DNA of 64,000 nt from an uncultured archaeon (GTDB lineage Archaea; Thermoplasmatota; Thermoplasmata; Thermoplasmatales; Thermoplasmataceae), in the NCBI GenBank assembly GCA_000965745.1, contig CP009479.1, positions 1,664,001-1,728,000 of the forward strand, written 5' to 3'. The notes under the pieces are model-generated. The model worked only from the letters and a program-made list of their open reading frames with translations. It was not told where the DNA came from and did no database searches. Numbering within the stretch: the stretch's first letter is position 1; every line of letters begins with the position of its first letter. Positions 1-9,476 of the stretch are shown here, piece by piece. Both the position numbers and the translations under genes were made by a program.

Positions 1-210
1 AACAAGGTCGTCATTTGCATGGAGGGCGAAGGAGAAATAACACTTTCATCAGGCAAAAAGATTGAGCTCAAATCTCACAACGTTGCAGTCATTCCTTCAT
101 GGGAACAGCACCGGATAAGTTCAGGAAGTTCGGACCTTGTTCTGTTTACATATTCGGATGAGCCGATTTTCAGGGCCATGAAACTGTTTAGAGAGAACCT
201 CTCTAAATAA
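1..210 (+). CDS. Cupin-domain protein, C-terminal part (gentisate 1,2-dioxygenase-like); 5'-truncated by the window edge
   Basis: Frame is open from base 1 (NKVVICMEGEG...VIPSWEQH...LFTYSDEPIFRAMKLFRE), resembling the C-terminal cupin of gentisate-type ring-cleaving dioxygenases. Confidence 0.6.
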   Translation, partial: NKVVICMEGEGEITLSSGKKIELKSHNVAVIPSWEQHRISSGSSDLVLFTYSDEPIFRAMKLFRENLSK

Positions 211-239
211 ACATATTTTCTTGAGCCATACTCCGTAGT

Positions 240-1037
240 TCACAAGGAATTCTTCTTCAGGAACCCGGAGATGGTTTCAGAGTAAAGCTCAGGAATGTCA
301 TAGGAACAGAAATGGGCCGCGTTTTCAAAAATTTTCAGCTCCGATCCCTTTATCTCAGCATTCATTTTTTCCGACAGGGGCAGAGGTGTAAACGCATCCT
401 CCCTTCCCACCATTATCAGCGTTGGCACATTGATTGTGGTCAGCAATTCGATATCGTCGGGTTTGTCGATCATTGCCTGAAGAGTTTCTTTTACCGCATC
501 TTCCGTTATGTCAAGGCTAAGAAGCTTCATGCAGTCCATTACCCAGGGGCGGTCCTCACGTGTTTTTTCAGCCAGTCTTCTTGAAGTGTTCTCAACGAAC
601 TTTCCCAGCCCGTTTTCCTCTATGAACCTTATCTGGCTTCTTCTCCTTTCCTTTATATCTTCGGAGTCCGGATCAGCTTTAGTTCCACTCAATACCAAAC
701 CCGAGACTAATGAGCTATCCTGTTTCCATATTCTCAGGGCGACGTATCCGCCAAGAGAAGCGCCTATGATGCATACTTTATCGACACCAAGGTGTTTCAA
801 CAAGGATATTGCGTCCCGGGCAAATTGGTCAATGTTGTGATTTTCTCTCTTGAAGCCAGATTGGCCATGACCCCTCAAGTCCATGGCTATGACCCTGTAA
901 CCCTTGGAGCGGAAGTAGCTTAGCTGCTCAGACCACATTAGTTTAGACTGGTCGAAGCTATGCAAAAAAAGGAGGGCGTTTCCATTGCCTGAGTCGTAAT
1001 AAGATATGTCTACATCTCCAGTACTGAATGACGGCAT
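240..1037 (-). CDS. Alpha/beta hydrolase (3-oxoadipate enol-lactonase-like)
   Basis: LFLHS, DLRGHGQS, nucleophile elbow GASLGG, Asp in GREDAF, His in NAAH; start ATG 1037 or TTG 1046. Confidence 0.85.
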   Translation of the reverse strand: MPSFSTGDVDISYYDSGNGNALLFLHSFDQSKLMWSEQLSYFRSKGYRVIAMDLRGHGQSGFKRENHNIDQFARDAISLLKHLGVDKVCIIGASLGGYVALRIWKQDSSLVSGLVLSGTKADPDSEDIKERRRSQIRFIEENGLGKFVENTSRRLAEKTREDRPWVMDCMKLLSLDITEDAVKETLQAMIDKPDDIELLTTINVPTLIMVGREDAFTPLPLSEKMNAEIKGSELKIFENAAHFCSYDIPELYSETISGFLKKNSL

Positions 1038-1128
1038 ACTTTGCAATATGATAGATTTATTAGAAATTATTGATTGATAGCTACTAAAATTTTCCTCATG
1101 TGCTGCTTCGCTGGAATGTCACCTGTCG

Positions 1129-2145
1129 CTAAAGCTCAATCTTCAAAAGACGCATAGCAGTCTTTGAAAAAAGGTTCTCAAGTGCTTCACCATCAAGCCC
1201 AAGGTGCTCAATAAGGCCGGGGTAATTGGCCATTCTGACTTTACCTCCATCCGGACCCCATGGATAATCCGTGGAGAAGATCATTTTTTCCTGGCCTACA
1301 ACGTCCAGGCCCAGCTTGAGTGCGGAAAGGTTTCCGCCTATAGCTGTGTCATAATAGAAACTGTCCAGGTAGTCTTTGGGGTTATACCCCTCTACTCCAT
1401 AGGACTCTCCCCTGACATTCAATACCTTGGACGCTTTGGAATCGTACGATTCCTGTATTCTGCCGATCATATACGGAATTACGCCCCCGAGATGGTGCGT
1501 TATGATCTTCAAGCTGGGAAATTTCGAAAGTATGCCGGACAGCATGAGCCGCATCCAGATAAGGCCCGTTTCATAGGGCCAACCGAGAACATGCATAAGA
1601 TCATATTCCTGCTCATAGCTGCGGCTGTTTTTCCCATATGTATCCACCGGATGTATATAGACTGGGACATCCAGCTTCGCAGCCCTTTCCCACGCTAGCC
1701 CAAAGTTGTCAACTGGCACCCCGCAGGCATTTGTTGGAACCATGAATCCCTTAAGGCCCAGTTCCCTGATTGCACGATCCATTTCTTCAAGACCGCCCTC
1801 TTCCAGAGAGTTAAGCGGAATGCTTCCTACGCCCATAATTCTTCCATGGGTATCCGATTCCAGTGCACTGATCTCGTCATTAATTACCCGGACAAGCCTT
1901 AGATTTTCCTCATTAGTAAGCTCGAAAGTGTTTGGCTCGATGATGCTGTGCACCATGGTCACCTGGGCCGCAAACCCAAACTGATCCATCTCCTTGATCC
2001 TGAATTCGGGGTCAATGAAACTCTTATTTTGTGAAGAGAGGTCCATAACGTGTCTTGCTTCGGCAACAGCAGACCCGTTCTTGACAGTACTGAGCTCTTT
2101 CACATAATTTGGAGGTGTCCAGTGAGTGTAAGCATCTAAAATCAT
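1129..2145 (-). CDS. Amidohydrolase-2 family protein (ACMSD/aromatic acid decarboxylase- or hydratase-like)
   Basis: DAYTH metal motif, YIHP, HHLGG, YYDTA, FSTDYPW; ATG 2145 lies about 24 nt after a TATA-like TTTAATAT. Confidence 0.85.
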   Translation of the reverse strand: MILDAYTHWTPPNYVKELSTVKNGSAVAEARHVMDLSSQNKSFIDPEFRIKEMDQFGFAAQVTMVHSIIEPNTFELTNEENLRLVRVINDEISALESDTHGRIMGVGSIPLNSLEEGGLEEMDRAIRELGLKGFMVPTNACGVPVDNFGLAWERAAKLDVPVYIHPVDTYGKNSRSYEQEYDLMHVLGWPYETGLIWMRLMLSGILSKFPSLKIITHHLGGVIPYMIGRIQESYDSKASKVLNVRGESYGVEGYNPKDYLDSFYYDTAIGGNLSALKLGLDVVGQEKMIFSTDYPWGPDGGKVRMANYPGLIEHLGLDGEALENLFSKTAMRLLKIEL

Positions 2146-2266
2146 CAGACCACGAATATCCTGAAAAATATTAAAATGTGGCATGTGGAAAATGATGTCC
2201 TTTCACCCAAGCATTTTATCTTGATATGCGGCGTATTTCAAAAAATGATCAAGGATTCATAGCAAT

Positions 2267-2296
2267 AAAAAAGGGGACCTCAAATGGGTCCACCTT
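2267..2296 (-). terminator. Hairpin plus T-tract after the MFS gene
   Basis: Minus strand reads AAGGTGGACCC-ATTTG-AGGTCCCCTTTTTT just 3' of the MFS stop. Confidence 0.5.
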
Positions 2297-2312
2297 AAAA
2301 GTTTCCAGAGGA

Positions 2313-3656
2313 TTAATTTGCCACTATTTCCTCCTTATAAGTCTCCTTGATGAAGAACAGAGCCATCAAAGCCACAATGTTCAGTCCGGCCATAAGCAAG
2401 CCAATGTATGGCCAGGCATGCGAAGGACCATGCAGAAGGGACAGAATAGCGGGAGCTGCCACAGCTGTCACAAGACCGGCGAGCAGCTGCCCAAAGTTGT
2501 AGCTCAAAGTCACCCCGGAATACCTGACCCTTGAGGCAAACTGTTCAGCGAACAGGGAAGCCACTATGGCTATCTGTACACTGGCAGTTCCGTACATTAT
2601 GATTTCGTCAATTATCAGCAGGGGCAGCGTCGGTTTCACCGATAGGATGTACAGATACGGAACGGACCATATGATTACGAGAATCATGCCCAGCCTCATA
2701 GCTAAAAGCCTGCCTTTCCTGTCCGCAAGCTGTCCCGCGAAGACCTTGATTATTATGCCGACAATGGCAGCAATACCGAGGGCAAAAAGCGCATAGATAG
2801 GCGACAATCCCTGGCTTGCAATAAAACCTGGCGTGAATGCAGCCAGTTCAAATATTGCACCTGCTGAGGCCGCCTGAACAACCATCAGAACAATGATTTC
2901 CTTCCAGTGCGATTTAAAGACCTTCAGTGCAGGGAGGCTCTCTGTTCTTTTAGTTTCCTGAAGTTCCGAGAATATCTTAGTATCGGTGATCTTGAGGCGT
3001 ATGATCAGGGCAGCAATTATTCCAAGTGCCCCTATGTAAAAGAGTATTCTCCATCCCTGAGTGAATACATAACTGTGAGGAAGAGAGGTGATCATGAAGA
3101 ACAATATCAATGCAGGGGCTGTAACGCTTGCGGATTGTCCTATGCCAAGTGCGCTTCCCCACAAACCTCTTCTCTTTGATTTGGCAGCACTCTCCACGAT
3201 CCATGCTCCATCCCCGACCATTGTTCCAATACCCATTCCTGCAATGAACCTGAAGACTATCAGCAATATGATACTGGTCACTCCCAGAACGGAGAAGCCA
3301 GGGAGCAAAGAAATGCCTATTGCACCTGCTGCAGTGGTACCTAATGCAACTGCACCGACATTTCTCCTGCCACTTGTATCTCCATACTGGCCGAATATGA
3401 AAGCTCCGATAATTCCAGCCACATACCCTACTACATACGTGCTGAGACCCAGAAACAGGCCCAGATCAGGCGCTACGCTAGGAAAAAACAGACTCGGCCA
3501 TATTATACCGGAAACAAGTGCAGATGCTATGTTGTTGTAGTTGTGGAAAAATATGCTGACGAAAGACCCTCCAGTCGTTCTCCACGTACTGCTGTACTTA
3601 TACTTTTCAGTTCGCCCACTATCAAAGGCGTCCCCGGAAACATCCTGATTTTTCAG
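2313..3656 (-). CDS. MFS transporter, metabolite:H+ symporter (MHS/ShiA-like); probable CTG start
   Basis: FGQYGDTSGRR and DRKGR loop motifs, FAEQFASRVRYSG. The frame stays open 78 codons upstream of the tracked GTG and encodes TM1-2 (IIWPSLFFP). No ATG/GTG/TTG lies in that stretch; CTG 3656 sits 6 nt after GGTGA. Confidence 0.8.
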   Translation of the reverse strand: MKNQDVSGDAFDSGRTEKYKYSSTWRTTGGSFVSIFFHNYNNIASALVSGIIWPSLFFPSVAPDLGLFLGLSTYVVGYVAGIIGAFIFGQYGDTSGRRNVGAVALGTTAAGAIGISLLPGFSVLGVTSIILLIVFRFIAGMGIGTMVGDGAWIVESAAKSKRRGLWGSALGIGQSASVTAPALILFFMITSLPHSYVFTQGWRILFYIGALGIIAALIIRLKITDTKIFSELQETKRTESLPALKVFKSHWKEIIVLMVVQAASAGAIFELAAFTPGFIASQGLSPIYALFALGIAAIVGIIIKVFAGQLADRKGRLLAMRLGMILVIIWSVPYLYILSVKPTLPLLIIDEIIMYGTASVQIAIVASLFAEQFASRVRYSGVTLSYNFGQLLAGLVTAVAAPAILSLLHGPSHAWPYIGLLMAGLNIVALMALFFIKETYKEEIVAN

Positions 3657-3932
3657 ATAAGTTCACCGGAAACCGTATCGACCAGTATTATTAAATATTA
3701 TTCTTCTAAAATTTTATTAGCCTTATGTTGTTCAAATGAAGCATGAAGGACATGCATATCCAAAGTTCTGTGGCTATTCTTCCCACTATCATGCTGCTTT
3801 TGGTGCAGGTACCTCCAACAAGCAAGTATTAAATATTTGAAAACACATTAATTGTTTAACTACGGGACTGAACTGTATAGCACTCACCCTCGCAAGTTGA
3901 AGGGACAGTAACCGTACTTGAAAGGGAATAGT

Positions 3933-4451
3933 ATGAGGGTCAGAGATCTTATTATCGAAGACATACCGAAAGCGGATGTTTCTACAAGCATCCTTGATGC
4001 CTGCACGATCATGATAGAGAGACGTGTGACAGGAGTAGCTGTTTACCAGGACGGGCAGCCGATAGGCATGGTTACGGAGAGATCACTTCTAAGAAGGTTT
4101 GTTCCATTAAATAAGCCCCCAGACAAAGTTTCCTGCAGAGAAGTAATGGTTCCAATGCTGAAGGTAAGCTCAAAAGCCACAGTCAGAGACGCGGTTGATC
4201 TGCTGATAAAAAATGGGAGAACGAGGCTCGCAGTGTACAATGATGGGGAGTTCAAGGGCTGGGTTCTGCTTTCCGATTTGGTTCCCTATGCGATGAAAAG
4301 AGACATGATTCACATGTTCGGATTCCATGGCATGGAAAAGGGACATGATATAATGTGCCCTTCCTGCCAGTCTGAATACCTTGCCATGTCTGTTATGGAG
4401 GACGGCGTAACGGTTAGGTGGGAATGCCCCAAATGCGGGCATACCGAGTAA
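3933..4451 (+). CDS. CBS-pair protein with C-terminal zinc ribbon
   Basis: Two CBS repeats (GMVTERSL, GWVLLSDL) followed by CPSC...CPKC. Confidence 0.85.
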   Translation: MRVRDLIIEDIPKADVSTSILDACTIMIERRVTGVAVYQDGQPIGMVTERSLLRRFVPLNKPPDKVSCREVMVPMLKVSSKATVRDAVDLLIKNGRTRLAVYNDGEFKGWVLLSDLVPYAMKRDMIHMFGFHGMEKGHDIMCPSCQSEYLAMSVMEDGVTVRWECPKCGHTE

Positions 4452-4530
4452 TTTCATAATCCGATCAGGATCATATCTGCATTGGAAGATCCTGTTAGCC
4501 TTCAAAACATTCTTTATAAATTCAATTTAA

Positions 4531-4800
4531 CAAAATTGAGCGGGAAATCCCCTTCCGAAAGGGAGGGATGAAAGTGAAATCTTTTCCTATTTTCCAGAAA
4601 CAACACGTGGCTCACCAGCAGACAGAATGGAAGAAGGGTCGGATAACGTGTAGCTCCATGCGTTCCTGTGTCCGTAAAGTCGAATGGATAAGTGTGGAAG
4701 GCAAAGTACCCCCGGGCCGGAGGGAATTCATGCCTGCGGAGGTTCCGCTGGTAACCGTGGAAGCAGGAAGCCCCTTTCGAAGGATAGGGGAGGAGGTCAC
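4531..4800 (+). mobile_element. Non-autonomous IS200/IS605-family miniature element (270 bp), copy 1
   Basis: Follows TTTAA (4526-4530). Left end CAAAATTGAGCGGGAAATCCCCTTCCGAAAGGGA contains a hairpin. Right part encodes a TnpB-tail-like remnant (VPPGRREFMPAE...EAGSPF) and ends GGAAGCCCC...GGGGAGGAGGTCAC. The left end is 33/34 identical to copy 2. Confidence 0.85.
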
Positions 4801-4861
4801 CTGGTTGCCCTTATATTTTAGGCTCACCCTATTTGTGAAAAACACTCATTATGGCTCTGCC

Positions 4862-6226
4862 ATGATTCCAATGGATCTTTTTGACAGGTTTCTGTTCGCC
4901 TTCACAATAGGTTCCCATATAATCCTGGTGACTATGAGCATAACTCTGATAGTTCTTATTTCTGCATCGGAGTTCATCGGTACCCGGAATAACAATTCCT
5001 ACTACATGGCTCTCTCAAGGAGGCTTACCAAGGTCTTTGTTGTTTCGTTCGGAGTCGGGACTGCCAGCGGAATTGTCATGGCCGTGGAGCTTGTAAACCT
5101 GTTCCCCGGTTTTATGACATTGGTTTCCAAAACAGGTGTAATAGCCCTGTTTTATGCTGAGGTTTTCGCCTTTTTCCTTGAGACAATGGCCCTGGTTATC
5201 TATGTATATTACAGAAATGCGTTCAAGGGGAAATACACCCACTGGGTCATATCATTGTTTGTAGGTGCGGGGACAATAGGCTCTGCTGTTTTCATAACGA
5301 TGGTGAATGCCTGGATGAACAGCCCCAACGGATTCAACATACCCTTGTATGTATCTTCCGGCACTCTTTCTTCAATAAATCCATGGGCCCCCTTCATCAC
5401 GCCCACAACACTTGCACAGGTGGCACACGTCATAACAACAACGATATTCACCGGTTCGATGTTTATAGGCGCATATTTTGCCCTTAGGTATATCAGGACT
5501 AAAGACCCTGATGAAAAGACATTCTTCAGGGGCGGCCTTAAGCTGTCCGGAGCAATGTCAATAGTTTTCATAATTCTTTCAGGCCTTACCGGGAGCCATG
5601 AAATGGGCACTCTTCTTGTGAACCAACCGTTAAAGTATGCTGCACTGGACCTGAACCTGCATCCCGGGTCAGGGATGCCTGAAAGGCTCTTCGGCTACCT
5701 GGTCAACGGCCAGTTTGTCGGAGGGCTGGAAATTCCCAATATCCAGGCTCTCCTCGCACAGTTTGAGACTGGGATTAGCTACCTCCCCGGCCTTCTCCAG
5801 TATCCCCAGACGGATTGGCCTCCTCTATGGGTTCACACAACATTCGACATCATGGTTACAGGAGGGCTACTTCTTGGCCTGTTCCTGTTCATTTACTTTG
5901 TTATGTGGGCAATGAAGAAGAAACCATACGAGAAAAGATTCATTCTTTACGGGCAGGGAGTGCTTGGTGCTGCATCTTTGATCGTGTACGAACTGGGGTG
6001 GATCACTGACGAGGTTGGAAGGCAGCCCTGGATTGTCTACAACGTCATGAGGGTAAGTTCTGCAGCTAACTACACTACCACTCTGCTTGTTCCGGGGCTG
6101 TTCATAGTTGCATTCTATATCTTCCTGATTCCCGTAACCTTCTACTTCTTCTCGAGGGTATTCAACGGAACTCCGCTTTCGGTTGAATTGAAGAAAGGTT
6201 TTGAAGAAGGGGGTGTGAACTATTAA
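4862..6226 (+). CDS. cydA: Cytochrome bd ubiquinol oxidase subunit I
   Basis: GSHII (heme b595 His), VGTASG, EVFAFFLE, NAWMNSP, QPLKYAA, FDIMV, ELGWITDEVGRQPW. True start ATG 4862 or 4871; the tracked extension from 4568 lies within the mobile element. Confidence 0.95.
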   Translation: MIPMDLFDRFLFAFTIGSHIILVTMSITLIVLISASEFIGTRNNNSYYMALSRRLTKVFVVSFGVGTASGIVMAVELVNLFPGFMTLVSKTGVIALFYAEVFAFFLETMALVIYVYYRNAFKGKYTHWVISLFVGAGTIGSAVFITMVNAWMNSPNGFNIPLYVSSGTLSSINPWAPFITPTTLAQVAHVITTTIFTGSMFIGAYFALRYIRTKDPDEKTFFRGGLKLSGAMSIVFIILSGLTGSHEMGTLLVNQPLKYAALDLNLHPGSGMPERLFGYLVNGQFVGGLEIPNIQALLAQFETGISYLPGLLQYPQTDWPPLWVHTTFDIMVTGGLLLGLFLFIYFVMWAMKKKPYEKRFILYGQGVLGAASLIVYELGWITDEVGRQPWIVYNVMRVSSAANYTTTLLVPGLFIVAFYIFLIPVTFYFFSRVFNGTPLSVELKKGFEEGGVNY

Positions 6227-7166
6227 CGGCATATTTTTCATAAATTTCTTCGTTTTCTCAATATTCGCTGCCCTGCTCATAACCGAGCTGATGGGATCAG
6301 TACTCCTTCTCCTCTTCTGGAAAGCTTCAAGCAAGAGGGTCCTGGATTACATAGTGCCAATCTGGGAAGTGACGGGCACCTTCGGTGCTTTCTGGGTAGT
6401 TATCACCGATTTCGCATTTCCCAACATACTCATTCCTGCCTCAAAGCTGTATGCGGTCGCACTAATGCTGTTCCTGATCCTGTTCGTAGCCAGAAATTCC
6501 ACGATAGTGTTCGGGGAATACATCATAAAGAAACGCTGGCTCGACCATAAGAAATTATACCAGATGTACTCGCTTTCAACAATTGCACTGGGGATAATAG
6601 CACTGACAATATTCTCCTCAATAATCAGCGGCAGCGGAATAAACATCGAGGCCGGATATTTCTCAGTCCCACAGTGGATAGGTTCCGCGGGAAGCATACC
6701 TTTCATTCTTGGCGCCCTTCTGATAGGTGTTGGGCTCGCACCCGTATTCTATGGGCTGCACCCGTTCAGGAAGATTACCCTGCCGGTAACGGCTGCTGGC
6801 GTTGCACTCTCTTCCATTTCATTCTACTTTTCCTCTCCTGGCCTGGTAACTCCTCTGATTGCTGTTCCCATAGTCCTGACCATTCTTGTCCCGGTACTGT
6901 TCATGTATCAAAAGACTGCTGCACTTGTTTCCAACAAGCTTGTATTCTCCATTGTCGCGACTGCAATACTCTTTTCAATGAGCTTTCTCGTGTACCCGAC
7001 AGCTTTCGGGAGAACCCTCAATGTGGATGACTTCACTACATCCGGGCCGATGTCTGGAGCTTTCCTGATAATCACAGCAGTAGGCGGAATCATGCTGGCA
7101 GTGATGGTCTATTTCTATCTAGTTGCGGTCAAGAGATCTCAGCTCGCCAGGGAACCTGCAGCTTGA
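6222..7166 (+). CDS. cydB: Cytochrome bd oxidase subunit II (divergent archaeal type); probable ATT start overlapping the cydA stop
   Basis: Follows cydA; PIWEVTGTF matches the CydB PxWD/E motif; polytopic. A hydrophobic TM1 continues upstream of ATG 6291 to ATT 6222, which follows GGGGGTG. Confidence 0.8.
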   Translation: MNGIFFINFFVFSIFAALLITELMGSVLLLLFWKASSKRVLDYIVPIWEVTGTFGAFWVVITDFAFPNILIPASKLYAVALMLFLILFVARNSTIVFGEYIIKKRWLDHKKLYQMYSLSTIALGIIALTIFSSIISGSGINIEAGYFSVPQWIGSAGSIPFILGALLIGVGLAPVFYGLHPFRKITLPVTAAGVALSSISFYFSSPGLVTPLIAVPIVLTILVPVLFMYQKTAALVSNKLVFSIVATAILFSMSFLVYPTAFGRTLNVDDFTTSGPMSGAFLIITAVGGIMLAVMVYFYLVAVKRSQLAREPAA

Positions 7167-7478
7167 GCCATCAATCATAAGTTCATAGCATGCAGGGCTG
7201 CCAGGTTCATCTGTAATTCAGCAAACTATCCAACCCGGCTGATGCGTTAAACTGCCAAGGGAATGGTAGAGGGCTGTTATCGGCCAGAATTGCTGGGACC
7301 TGTTCCAGCGCATCAGAATCATACAAGACTGTGCACCCGGCATTTGCGGGAATCATCGATACATCCACCCCTATTTACGGACCTTTTGAAAGGACTGAAC
7401 AATAGCAGGCCATATATTATCTGCATAATCTTAATTATTAAGTGTAGAGCTTTAACTTGAAGCTGCGATTCATTGTCT

Positions 7479-7838
7479 ATGAGATTTGCTATAGCAGTTT
7501 CAGGAATCAAGGTATCAGGGCCGGGAGAAGCGGGTGAGATCCTTGTCTATGACATGGATGAGTCTTCAAAGCTATTGGAGAGCTATGAAAATCCTGCCCT
7601 CACTGTCCTGACGGCAAGAGGCATTGCAATGATAAAATCAGTCATTGACAAAGGGGTTGAGAAACTCGTGATCAGTGGCATAGGAGATCACGCATTCGAG
7701 TATGCCGCGGGAAGAATAGAGCTCCTAAACGGGCATGGCATGTCCAGGGACGAGGTGCTTGCGAAAATCCTGAAGGGAGAGCTCGAGCAAGTAAAAGTTG
7801 CCTCTCACAGAGTTGGGCATCACCATACGCATTCCTGA
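7479..7838 (+). CDS. NifB/NifX (FeMo-cofactor-binding-like) family protein with His-rich tail
   Basis: MRFAIAV..., YENPA, ARGI, LVISGIG, C-terminal GHHHTHS. Confidence 0.7.
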   Translation: MRFAIAVSGIKVSGPGEAGEILVYDMDESSKLLESYENPALTVLTARGIAMIKSVIDKGVEKLVISGIGDHAFEYAAGRIELLNGHGMSRDEVLAKILKGELEQVKVASHRVGHHHTHS

Positions 7839-7882
7839 TCAACAACGTTTATATTATTCTGTCAGGAAACCTTCATTTTTAC

Positions 7883-7982
7883 TTAAACAGTATAAAAGGT
7901 AAGGTATAGTGCTAAAGAGTCGGTACAATATATTTTTATTACAAGGTGACAAAAAATGGACACCTCTAATAAAAATAGAGTG
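7883..7982 (+). repeat. 100-bp exact direct repeat, copy A (promoter, RBS and first 9 codons)
   Basis: Identical to 9377-9476; contains TATAAAAG, GGTGA and ATGGACACCTCTAATAAAAATAGAGTG. Confidence 0.95.
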
Positions 7983-9209
7983 CTGGTTGCCATGATTGCA
8001 GTTGTTATGACGCTCTCTGCTCTCGCAGTAATTTTCGAGAGCCCTCAGAGCAATAGCGGCTTTGCATCTGGCGGCCATAACTTCAGCAATATAAATGAAG
8101 TGACGAATTCAGCAAATGCTGTAAACGATAAATCAGTTGCAGCTATGGTCTCTGCCGCAGTCACAACTGCACAGACCTATGCCGTAACATTCACGAACAT
8201 TGGCCTGCCTTCAGGTATGACCTGGACAGTAACTATAGATGGTTCTACGACTTTGAGCAGCACCGGCACGTCAATAACGTTCCAGCTTCCCAATGGGTCC
8301 CATGCCTTTTCTGTCGGGAAACCACTCAACTACGTTGCGGACCCTGAAAGTGGAGTAGTATTTGTTTACGGGTCCGCTTCAACGCAGTACATCACATTTT
8401 CACTTCTTGAGTATGATGTAACATTCGTTCAGACCGGGCTTCAACCGGGGGCAACATGGTCTGTTGACCTCAATGGAGTTGTCAAGACCTCTACGACAAA
8501 CCAGATCTTCTACAGCATGGATAACGGCAGCTACAGCTACTCGATAACTGGGCCGGCAAACTATGCGGCAAATCCGGGCAGTGGTAAGGCAATAGTTTAC
8601 GGTGGCAATGTTACCATAGATGTTTCATTCATCAGCACCCTGCACAAGATCACCTTCAACTTTGGAGGTGACATCGCAGGAACAAGCTGGACACTTACCT
8701 TTGCCGGGGACAGCTATACAGTTACCGGGAGCAGCCTTGCCCTTATGAAGAACAACGGCATGTATGGCTATTCTGTATCTACCGCGAATGAATATGCCGC
8801 CACCCCGTCAAGCGGTTCAGTGCTGGTTCTTGACAAGGACGCATCTGTAAACATAACAATACAGGTGAAGACATACACGGTGACCTTTGAGCACGTTGGC
8901 ATGGAAGTAGGAGTTCCCTGGCAGGTGACATTCAACGGCGTGGTGCATAATTCCACATCCTCAATCATAACCTTTGAAACGCAAGCGGGAAATTACAGCT
9001 ACACGGTTTCTGATGTAAATGGGTACACAGTATCCTCAGGCACTGGGGATGTGAATGTGGCAAGCCAGAGCCAGTATGTCAACGTTGAGTTCAACAAGAA
9101 TCCTGACATCTGGACCATGCCTCTGTTGATCATCGCGGGAGCTGCTATAGGGATTGGTGCAGGAGTTGGAATCGGTCTTCTGTATGTAAGGAGGATAAGA
9201 CCTCCTTAA
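7956..9209 (+). CDS. Membrane-anchored surface protein of four beta-sandwich repeats; protease-less paralog of the downstream thermopsin
   Basis: Signal/anchor, four roughly 77-aa YxVTFxxxGLPxGxxWxV repeats, C-terminal TM and basic tail; collinear with the N- and C-termini of 9450..12935. Confidence 0.85.
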   Translation: MDTSNKNRVLVAMIAVVMTLSALAVIFESPQSNSGFASGGHNFSNINEVTNSANAVNDKSVAAMVSAAVTTAQTYAVTFTNIGLPSGMTWTVTIDGSTTLSSTGTSITFQLPNGSHAFSVGKPLNYVADPESGVVFVYGSASTQYITFSLLEYDVTFVQTGLQPGATWSVDLNGVVKTSTTNQIFYSMDNGSYSYSITGPANYAANPGSGKAIVYGGNVTIDVSFISTLHKITFNFGGDIAGTSWTLTFAGDSYTVTGSSLALMKNNGMYGYSVSTANEYAATPSSGSVLVLDKDASVNITIQVKTYTVTFEHVGMEVGVPWQVTFNGVVHNSTSSIITFETQAGNYSYTVSDVNGYTVSSGTGDVNVASQSQYVNVEFNKNPDIWTMPLLIIAGAAIGIGAGVGIGLLYVRRIRPP

Positions 9210-9376
9210 TCTTTTTTTACCACACCGGCGTTATAATACTCAACCTTTTTTCCCCAACTGATTCCTGCCAGAAAACAGATGTTGTGCCAGTGCTGGACTT
9301 TTCTGACTAGGGGCATTGACCGGAATTCCATGGTGAAAATGTTTATAACCTGATATCCACTCTTTCAGTTTCTCCT

Positions 9377-9476
9377 TTAAACAGTATAAAAGGTAAGGTA
9401 TAGTGCTAAAGAGTCGGTACAATATATTTTTATTACAAGGTGACAAAAAATGGACACCTCTAATAAAAATAGAGTG
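9377..9476 (+). repeat. 100-bp exact direct repeat, copy B
   Basis: Identical to 7883-7982 (offset 1494 bp). Confidence 0.95.

Noticed and set aside
4531-4800. Autonomous IS or intact tnpA/tnpB
   Set aside because: No HUH/Y1 or RuvC/zinc-finger coding capacity; only the extreme TnpB tail remains
4568-4861. 98-aa N-terminal extension of CydA in the ORF track
   Set aside because: It runs through the miniature IS element and its flank; CydA homology starts at MIPMDLFDR (4862)
7208-7357. 49-aa minus-strand ORF (MIPANAGCTVLY...) after a GGGGTGG motif
   Set aside because: No recognisable motif or other support; cannot be distinguished from chance
7479-7838. Evidence for nitrogen fixation
   Set aside because: Lone NifB/NifX-like domains are common in non-diazotrophic archaea, and no nif genes are present
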